Part shown: piece by piece, positions 16,654-22,555 of the stretch
Numbering within the stretch: position 1 is the stretch's first letter
Layout of the letters: every line of letters begins with the position of its first letter
From: Candidatus Saccharimonadota bacterium
GTDB lineage: Bacteria; Patescibacteriota; Gracilibacteria; UBA1369; 2-02-FULL-48-14
Length of the DNA: 32,000 bases
Reading direction: 5' to 3'
Assembly (NCBI GenBank): GCA_041661045.1
Contig: JBAZVE010000001.1
Coordinates: forward strand, 570,001 to 602,000
The notes under the pieces: model-generated
Seen by the model: the letters and a program-made list of their open reading frames with translations, nothing else
Database searches by the model: none
What the model was told of the DNA's origin: nothing
Program-made: the position numbers and the translations under genes

Positions 16654-17304
16654 TTACCCCAGCTTCAGTTTCTTCTTTTCTTTGTGAATCCAGAAGATTC
16701 CGCCGAAGAAGAGGAGGGTGAAGATGGTGAGGAAGAGGGGGTCGGTGAAGGCCGCGCCACTTCCAATATAGGCAAGGCTGAAGGCGCAGATAGCATTGGC
16801 GAGTATGGAAACGGGGACAAACACCCGTTTCTTTAGTTTAGAAAATCCCATGAAATAGGCGGCGTAGTCGCCGGGGAGTAAGGGGATGGAACAAAGGACA
16901 AAGTAGAATAAGACTGCTTTTTCTGATTCAATGAGTTCATCGTATTTGTGAAGCTCTTCTTCTTCCACAAATATTTTTAAAATGTTGCGACCAAAGCGAC
17001 GGCCTAAAAAGAAATTGATTTCGGTGGCCACAATGCGGGCGACCCAAGTGAGCAAGAAGGCGGGGAGCGTTCCATACACAAAACCGCCCGCCAGACCCAC
17101 CAGGGTGGAGTTGAGCGGCACCACAATCACTGTGATGGTGGTTATGATGAAGTAGAGCAGAAAACCCCAGACGCCCCATCCTTGGATAAGTTCCTGCAGG
17201 GCTTCACGGTCGGGGATTTCTTGGAAAACAAGATACGGCACTACAAAAGCGAAGAAGATAAAGGCCAAGAAAGCCACTAGGCTGACTTGAATCTTTTTAC
17301 TCAT
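16654..17304 (-). CDS. TVP38/TMEM64 (DedA/VTT-domain) family membrane protein
   Basis: 216 aa polytopic membrane protein. The pattern VVPLNSTLVGLAGGFVYGTLPAFLLTWVARIVATEINFFLGRRFGRNIL and LPGDYAAYFMGFSKLK is typical of this family. Confidence 0.8.
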   Translation of the reverse strand: MSKKIQVSLVAFLAFIFFAFVVPYLVFQEIPDREALQELIQGWGVWGFLLYFIITTITVIVVPLNSTLVGLAGGFVYGTLPAFLLTWVARIVATEINFFLGRRFGRNILKIFVEEEELHKYDELIESEKAVLFYFVLCSIPLLPGDYAAYFMGFSKLKKRVFVPVSILANAICAFSLAYIGSGAAFTDPLFLTIFTLLFFGGIFWIHKEKKKLKLG

Positions 17305-17707
17305 TTATAGACCCCGTAGGGTTGGGCTGCGTGTTATCAGGCCCGTTTGCGTCCTCTTTGGGTTGGTCGATTTGAGCGTCATCAAGATCACCGTCATTGC
17401 CTCCTTGCATGATTTGTGCAGTTATCACATCGTCGGCGGAATCCAGTGGATCCATCTTGTTTGCTAATTCTGTTCCATCGGGAGCTCCTCCGCCGTCACT
17501 GTCCTTCTCTTTTGGATCGGTGCCCAAATCCGCCTCAAGGGCATCCGTCAAACCGTCTCCATCTGTGTCCACGGATTGGACTTTACCCCAACGACCCTCC
17601 AAGAAGTCTGCGTCACTTAGGGCAAAGGCGCCAAGACCTAAAACTAAAACACCGGCGAGCATCAAGAGTTGAGGGTTTTTCATGGGATTTTTTAAAGATT
17701 TCTTCAT
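17297..17707 (-). CDS. secreted protein with thrombospondin-type-3/EF-hand-like DxDxDG repeats
   Basis: Start preferred at MKKSLKNPMKNPQLLMLAGVLVLGLGAFA (ATG 17707; ATG 17683 is also possible). The longer form from 17770 would overlap the divergent promoter. Loops DTDGDGLTDALE and DSDGGGAPDGTE are present. 8 nt overlap with the downstream gene. Confidence 0.65.
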   Translation of the reverse strand: MKKSLKNPMKNPQLLMLAGVLVLGLGAFALSDADFLEGRWGKVQSVDTDGDGLTDALEADLGTDPKEKDSDGGGAPDGTELANKMDPLDSADDVITAQIMQGGNDGDLDDAQIDQPKEDANGPDNTQPNPTGSINE

Positions 17708-17761
17708 GGGTTCTTTGTACCCCTTTCCCGGCGGCTTTTCAATGGTGAGTTTTTGGAAATA

Positions 17762-17789
17762 TTGACTCAATAATTTCGAGTGTTATGAT
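17762..17789 (+). promoter_or_regulatory. sigma70-like promoter for the 17811 gene
   Basis: TTGACT (17762-17767), a 16 nt spacer, then TATGAT (17784-17789), about 21 nt upstream of ATG 17811. Confidence 0.4.
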
Positions 17790-17810
17790 TAAGGCTATTC
17801 CAGTTTTATT

Positions 17811-18443
17811 ATGAAAAATTCTCCTCGTGAAATAGGGCTCGCAAGCGTTTTGGCACTGGGTTTAACGGCTTCGGATGCGCGTGCGGATGAGGGGAATGGA
17901 TTTGTCCAGTGTTTTGATGGGTTGAGGAAAGATGGGTATCCACTGAGCCGACTTTCAAATTTATGTGACCCTTGCGATAAGAAGGAAGAAAAATCGATTG
18001 GCAACGCCATTGATGTTATTAGGGGAAGAGACCTTTCTCCTCTCCTTTTGAGCATGTGTGGAGGAGACGAGGCTTGTAGACAGTCTCATGAAGAGATCCA
18101 GCCTCAAGTAGTAAGAGAACTCCAAAGGGCTCAAGTTTTTTGTCCTGAAGCACCGATACAATCCATTGATGGAGAGCCGTTGTCTACGCTTGCGCCGGTT
18201 TCCCCAAATGCAGATCATCCCGGGCAAATTGTAGTTTCCCCTGTGGTGATTGAGGATTTGGATGCACTGGCGCTTGCGTTGTTTAAGCAAGGGACAGCTT
18301 GGGTCTTTGAAGAACAGGAGTCTCAGGATTCACTTACACCCACGGCTCCTTCGAAACCTGGTCGAGAAAACCGCACCCCGTATTTTTTAAGGCGACAGAC
18401 AGTTCTGGCGAGTGTGGAGGGACCTGATGTTCAAAAATGGTGA
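17811..18443 (+). CDS. secreted hypothetical protein (210 aa)
   Basis: Signal-peptide-like MKNSPREIGLASVLALGLTASDARA. Cys-containing with no recognised domain. The last codon and stop (TGG TGA) lie inside repeat copy R1. Confidence 0.6.
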   Translation: MKNSPREIGLASVLALGLTASDARADEGNGFVQCFDGLRKDGYPLSRLSNLCDPCDKKEEKSIGNAIDVIRGRDLSPLLLSMCGGDEACRQSHEEIQPQVVRELQRAQVFCPEAPIQSIDGEPLSTLAPVSPNADHPGQIVVSPVVIEDLDALALALFKQGTAWVFEEQESQDSLTPTAPSKPGRENRTPYFLRRQTVLASVEGPDVQKW

Positions 18444-18572
18444 TCGCGGCAGGAGGACGCTCACTTCGTTCGCTAGACGGTCGCTAAAGCTCCCTTACGA
18501 ACCTTTTACGGTTCGACCGCTTCTGACGAAGCACACCATTCCACTGGTGGGCAAGCCACCATCGAAATGGTG
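18438..18572 (-). repeat. direct repeat R1 (~135 bp), ending (minus-strand sense) in a copy of the tRNA-Arg 3' end
   Basis: Differs from 22288-22423 by only one 1-nt indel and one C/T substitution. 18438-18455 (tggtgatcgcggcaggag) matches the tRNA 3' end at 22419-22436 (tggtggtcgcggcaggag) at 17 of 18 positions. Confidence 0.9.
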
Positions 18573-18622
18573 TCCAGCTACGGAAAGGTTACTTTCTCAT
18601 TACCCTCCGTGCAACACTGAAA

Positions 18623-18646
18623 AGGCCCACAGAGTTTCAGGGGCCT
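18623..18646 (-). terminator. possible intrinsic terminator of the 1098 aa gene
   Basis: Minus strand reads AGGCCC, a 12 nt loop, GGGCCT, then TTTC, starting about 40 nt downstream of the stop at 18687. The stem is 6 bp and the U-tract is short. Confidence 0.35.
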
Positions 18647-18686
18647 AGCAGTTTGAAATATTGGATCTTAAAGGGGAAGTAGGCAC

Positions 18687-21600
18687 TTATGAGTCCAGCT
18701 TTAAAAGCGTTTTAATCTCTTGAAGTAGTCCGAGCTCGTCGGTCGTACTGTCGCCAGTTAGGCAGCCCTCCGCCAATTCTTTGAATTGGGGGCGCTCTTT
18801 CTCTGATGAGAGCCTGTAGGCAGTCAGCCAAAGAGCTTTGATAAAGTCCTTGAAAAGTTCCTTTTCACTATCCTCTTGAAGGGCAAGTGTTTTGTAGTGA
18901 CCTAGCATAATGCGAGTCATGGCTTTGAGCATATTTACCTTGTCCTCAAAGAGGATTCCAGTTTTGAAGAAACGTTCTATGAAGTTCAAAATTACCCCGT
19001 AAAAACTCGAAACAGTTGAGCCTGGAAAGGTGATTTCATTGAGCAGGTGATACATCCGTATCGAAATAGTGAAGGTCACCCCAGTGGGAGTTTTAAATTC
19101 AAGGGAAGGAAGCTGTTTCCGTTCAATTTTCTCTAAATCGTCGAGAGCAATGTAAAACAGGTCTGCACCGTTATAAGGAATGAATTTATAAAGAAGCTCG
19201 GCTACCCCTCCTTTGATTAACGCAAACTGCTTTTCATCAATGTACTTTTCCTCCAGCGCTTCTTCAAAGATCGCGAAAGTGTTGGAAGTTGCGATGCCTT
19301 CGTTCTCGAGAGCTATGGAAAGTTGAGCGTCGTCGGTAATGAATGTAATCCCATCTCTTTCAGCGATCCTTACGCTGTTTATAAGCCATCTTGGGAAAAG
19401 CTCTTCGATGCCTTTCACATTGAACACCCCACTGGTAATGTCGTCGTCGTAGAGTAAGACGCTCTCTGAGTTTGCATTGATGAACTGCCATAGTCTGCGA
19501 AGGGCTGGATCTTCTTCCGAAAGAAGGTCGTTTTGTACCTGTTGAAAAAGTTCACGGTGAATGACGAGAGTCTTATTGAACATGATTAAAAGACCCAGCT
19601 GGTTGCTTTTGGAAAGATTGATCAGCGCATTGTAATCCATCACTACCAAGTTTTTTGCCAGGAAGGATTTCCTTTGTTTTGGACTGCGTGGACAGTCGTG
19701 GTAGTCAATCGTAAAAGTGGTATCACCGCTCGCTGCCCCAACCACAAGAGCCTTTGGGTAGCTCTTCCCGAAGTACCTTTGGAGCCAATAGGTAGTGAGC
19801 TTTTTTTCTTGGTAGAGCTTCTTTCCCTTTTCGTAAAATTCCTTTTGTCTTTTGAATATATCTAAAGCTTCTTCACTGAGTTGATCGTTTGCATCCAGGA
19901 CTCTAACTGGTTTCATAACCGTTACATACTTATTCAACTCCATCATATTTTTAACAAGACGATCGGTTTCCTCTGTAGAGCCATACCTCATTGCCAGAGC
20001 CATGTACTGAGAGAGTATTTGTGGCAGCACTTCCTTATCTTCTTCAAAAATTCTTTTTGCCTCTTCTATAGTGGCAATCGCCTGGTTTTTTTCATCAGCC
20101 AAGGCATATGCAGTGCTTAGGTTGAGCCAGTAGTTGGGGTCTCCTGCTTCCACGGCGTAGGCCTTGAGTTCTTTCAGTACCTTGATTGCCTGCTGTGGTG
20201 CGCCGCTCTGTAAGAACTTGTGAGCAATATAAAATTTTTCTCGATAATCCATGTCATTGTAAGATTCCCATTGCATCAAAGAGTTGTAAGCCTCATCAAA
20301 GAGCCGCTCATTTAACTTTTTGTGAAATACAGCAACCCGAAGTTGTTGGAGTTGATTTTCACCCAAGTCTTCAAGAGTGATGCTTTTAAGTAGGGAGTCG
20401 CTTTTTTTCCCTAGCCACTCAAGGCAGATAACGAGATCTACCTTCATGTTGTTCACAAGACGAGGGCCCTGTCCTTCTGACTTTGCCAACTCAATCGCTT
20501 CCTCTATTTCTTTGGCGGCCATGGCAACTTTGCTGCCATTTTTAAGGAAAGGAATTGGGGTAGGTTTTTCACGATCTACATCTTCCTTTTGAGCAACGAC
20601 TAGGAGTGCACGAGCATGTGAGTATCTAACTTGGGAGGACTGTGGAAACACCTCTTTTAGTTCTGTAGAAAGAACCAATGCATCTGTGCTTTCATCAAAA
20701 ATCAGAAGCGAGTCGATCAACCCCGCAGCGAGGAACTCGTCATCATGAGAAAGTTTTTTAAGCTCATCCAGATGGTCAAATACAAACAGCTTCATCTCAT
20801 CAAGCTTTTGAGCTCTCAAGAAGGCTTGAAGTTTTAACCCCTGAAGCTCTGCAGATTGATCTTTGCCCGCCATTAACGCGGTAATACGCTTCTCAGCCTC
20901 TTTGAATGTCTCTTTGGTTGCCACATTCAGCAGCGCTTTCACCAAGTTAATTTGGGCATTTTTCTGCTCAGGGTCAACCTCAAGGGCCTTTCTAAACCAC
21001 TGCACGGCTTTATCAAAGTCTCCACCAGCAGAAGGGGATCTGTTGTAACATGCTCCTAAATTATTATAAGCACGCGCCAGGTCAGGATCTTCGGGACTTG
21101 TCTTCTCCAATCCTGTTATGAGGATGTGAAGTTTCTTTTTTGCCTCCTCAACATCTCTTTGAAGTAAGCCCTGAACCTCTCGGAAGATTCGCTCCTTCCC
21201 TTTCAAGACATCAAATTGAGAGAGGAGCAGCTCATGCGAGGCGAGCCCAACGGCTTTGATGTCATGGAGCTCACTTTGTGTTTCAAGGCTTTCCTCTAAG
21301 ATCTGATCTTGCTTATGGAGGAGCTCAAAGTTCGTGCCTTTGAAAAATTCCCTCATTAAGTGTTCGTCCTCAACGACAAGGCTGCTTAAGTTTTCAACAT
21401 CCCAAATCTCTGGCAAAGGCAGTCCGATTCCCTTTGCATACTTTCGCACTTCGTCCTTACTCGTTGGAGATGCGGTACACGACAAACAAAAAATGATTTC
21501 GGCAGGCTTACCGTCTATGTGCGTTTGATTGAAGTAACGATTTTTTATACCATCCAGTTCTTTCTTGAGTTCCGCAGTTGAATTAGATTTCCACCGTTTG

Positions 21601-21983
21601 CATTGAAAAAGGACAAACCCTCCTTCTTTTCTTGATATTACATCACGGTTTTTATCCCCAGGCCCTCCATACTTGAGAGGGTTGGGGTATTTACCGACGC
21701 GGCTTACAAGTCCAAGAATTAAATCTTCAAAACGATCTGCACTGAGGCCGTTCAGAGGGAGTGATCCTTCAATCATCACAGAGGGCCTTGACTCCTGCTG
21801 ACCCCCAAAAGTGACTCCAAGAGCTTTTGATAACTTGTCTAAAGTTTTTGAGGTAGGCTGATTACGCCCTTGCTCGATTTTGAAGAGGGTGTTAAGGCTC
21901 ACCTCTGACTTCTCTGCTAGTTGTTTTTGCGTCAGTCCGCGGTTCTTTCTAGCCTCCGCGATTTCTTGTCCGATGTTTCTCAT
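18687..21983 (-). CDS. 1098 aa multidomain protein: XRE-type HTH + Mrr-like restriction-endonuclease (PD-(D/E)xK) domain + TPR/helical repeats + PIN-like domain
   Basis: Domain calls are by eye.
- HTH: aa 1-58, GLTQKQLAEKSEVSLNTLFKIEQGRNQ.
- Mrr_cat-like: aa ~83-215, FEDLILGLV..GGPGDKNRDVISRKEGGFVLFQCKRW..IIFCLSC..EIWDVENLSSLV (QCKRW at nt 21591-21605).
- TPR-like: for example ARAYNNLGACYNRSPSAGGDFDKAVQWFRKALEVDPEQ and NYWLNLSTAYALADEKNQAIATIEEAKRIF.
- PIN-like: aa ~778-905, LVVMDYNALINL..LLYDDD..ITFITDDAQLSIALENEGI (nt ~19269-19652).
No Walker A motif was seen. It is certainly a CDS; the confidence value refers to the domain interpretation. Confidence 0.6.
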   Translation of the reverse strand: MRNIGQEIAEARKNRGLTQKQLAEKSEVSLNTLFKIEQGRNQPTSKTLDKLSKALGVTFGGQQESRPSVMIEGSLPLNGLSADRFEDLILGLVSRVGKYPNPLKYGGPGDKNRDVISRKEGGFVLFQCKRWKSNSTAELKKELDGIKNRYFNQTHIDGKPAEIIFCLSCTASPTSKDEVRKYAKGIGLPLPEIWDVENLSSLVVEDEHLMREFFKGTNFELLHKQDQILEESLETQSELHDIKAVGLASHELLLSQFDVLKGKERIFREVQGLLQRDVEEAKKKLHILITGLEKTSPEDPDLARAYNNLGACYNRSPSAGGDFDKAVQWFRKALEVDPEQKNAQINLVKALLNVATKETFKEAEKRITALMAGKDQSAELQGLKLQAFLRAQKLDEMKLFVFDHLDELKKLSHDDEFLAAGLIDSLLIFDESTDALVLSTELKEVFPQSSQVRYSHARALLVVAQKEDVDREKPTPIPFLKNGSKVAMAAKEIEEAIELAKSEGQGPRLVNNMKVDLVICLEWLGKKSDSLLKSITLEDLGENQLQQLRVAVFHKKLNERLFDEAYNSLMQWESYNDMDYREKFYIAHKFLQSGAPQQAIKVLKELKAYAVEAGDPNYWLNLSTAYALADEKNQAIATIEEAKRIFEEDKEVLPQILSQYMALAMRYGSTEETDRLVKNMMELNKYVTVMKPVRVLDANDQLSEEALDIFKRQKEFYEKGKKLYQEKKLTTYWLQRYFGKSYPKALVVGAASGDTTFTIDYHDCPRSPKQRKSFLAKNLVVMDYNALINLSKSNQLGLLIMFNKTLVIHRELFQQVQNDLLSEEDPALRRLWQFINANSESVLLYDDDITSGVFNVKGIEELFPRWLINSVRIAERDGITFITDDAQLSIALENEGIATSNTFAIFEEALEEKYIDEKQFALIKGGVAELLYKFIPYNGADLFYIALDDLEKIERKQLPSLEFKTPTGVTFTISIRMYHLLNEITFPGSTVSSFYGVILNFIERFFKTGILFEDKVNMLKAMTRIMLGHYKTLALQEDSEKELFKDFIKALWLTAYRLSSEKERPQFKELAEGCLTGDSTTDELGLLQEIKTLLKLDS

Positions 21984-22005
21984 AGAAGAATTAAAGAGTG
22001 CCCCC

Positions 22006-22035
22006 AGTATATCATGTAGCTTGTAGTCCCGTCAA
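22006..22035 (-). promoter_or_regulatory. sigma70-like promoter for the 1098 aa gene
   Basis: Minus strand reads TTGACG (22035-22030), an 18 nt spacer, then TATACT (22011-22006), about 22 nt upstream of ATG 21983. Confidence 0.4.
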
Positions 22036-22077
22036 GGCTAGTGGTATAAAAAGAGCTACTAAATTGAACCCAACAGG

Positions 22078-22269
22078 TTAAACATCAACCTTTTCAACTG
22101 TGTTTATCAGTCTATTCCTTGCAGCAGTCGCCATACTTACTACACTTTTGCCCTCAAACTCGAAGAAGGTCTCATGCTCAAATTTTCCTTGCATCCACTT
22201 GATAGTGAGGTAAGCCAACTCATCTTTCTTTTTCTGCTTTAGTGCGAAGGTAAACAAGGCTCTTGACAA
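22078..22269 (-). CDS. possible small ORF (63 aa from TTG, or 38 aa from internal ATG), unverified
   Basis: It is the only other ORF inside the repeat-bounded cassette, on the same strand and upstream of the 1098 aa gene. It has a TTG start, no recognisable motif and no obvious RBS. Confidence 0.2.
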   Translation of the reverse strand: MSRALFTFALKQKKKDELAYLTIKWMQGKFEHETFFEFEGKSVVSMATAARNRLINTVEKVDV

Positions 22270-22287
22270 AGAGCCAAACAGTATTGT

Positions 22288-22423
22288 TGGTGATCGCCGG
22301 CAGGAGGACGCTCACTTCGTTCGCTAGACGGTCGCTAAAGCTCCCTTACGAACCTTTTACGGTTCGACCGCTTCTGACGAAGCACACCATTTCACTGGTG
22401 GGCAAGCCACCATCGAAATGGTG
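22288..22423 (-). repeat. direct repeat R2 (~136 bp), immediately 3' of tRNA-Arg and overlapping its CACCA end
   Basis: Near-identical to 18438-18572. 22288-22306 (tggtgatcgccggcaggag) is a second degenerate copy of the tRNA 3' end. The proximal end shares tggtg (22419-22423) with the tRNA. Confidence 0.9.
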
Positions 22424-22495
22424 GTCGCGGCAGGAGTCGAACCTGCGACCCTCAGCTCCGCAAGCTGATGCTCTATCCAACTGAGCTACGCGACC
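22419..22495 (-). tRNA. tRNA-Arg (anticodon GCG), CCA encoded
   Basis: Hand-folded cloverleaf from the reverse complement: GGTCGCG-TA-GCTC-AGTTGGATA-GAGC-A-TCAGC-TTGCGGA-GCTGA-GGGTC-GCAGG-TTCGACT-CCTGC-CGCGACC-A-CCA. All four stems are fully Watson-Crick paired. 77 nt. Confidence 0.9.
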
Positions 22496-22555
22496 ACGGT
22501 AGGCGCATCCTAAGACAAAAGATGGATTTAGGCAAGATCAGCTTGGATGCGGTGC

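Larger units (their letters stand above)
18438..22423 (-). mobile_element. putative tRNA-Arg-associated mini-island (unit length 3850 bp) lacking an integrase
   Basis: Direct repeats R1 and R2 flank the 1098 aa gene, its promoter and terminator, and a small ORF. Three copies of the tRNA 3'-end 18-mer are present (22419, 22288, 18438). No integrase or transposase ORF is present. Confidence 0.45.

Noticed and set aside
18412-18648. ORFs 18412..18648 (78 aa) and 22263..22484 (73 aa), which give near-identical peptides
   Set aside because: The shared peptide (RRTLTSFARRSLKLPYEPFTVRPLLTKHTI...) simply reflects translation through the two repeat copies. One of the ORFs also runs antisense through the tRNA. 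They are useful as repeat detectors but not credible genes.
18687-21983. Compositional (GC) anomaly of the cassette as evidence of horizontal transfer
   Set aside because: Hand counts of a few 60-nt lines gave 18/60, 25/60, 27/60 and 29/60 GC inside the cassette, against 26/60, 27/60 and 36/60 outside. The ranges overlap and are not decisive, so a computed profile is needed.
18573-22287. An integrase, recombinase or transposase inside the cassette
   Set aside because: I looked for one and found none. The only ORFs are the 1098 aa protein, whose N-terminal HTH is XRE-type with no recombinase motifs seen, and a tiny ORF.
18438-22423. The repeats as a CRISPR array or IS inverted repeats
   Set aside because: There are only two copies, they are ~135 bp long, direct rather than inverted, and 3.7 kb apart. 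No cas genes or transposase are present.
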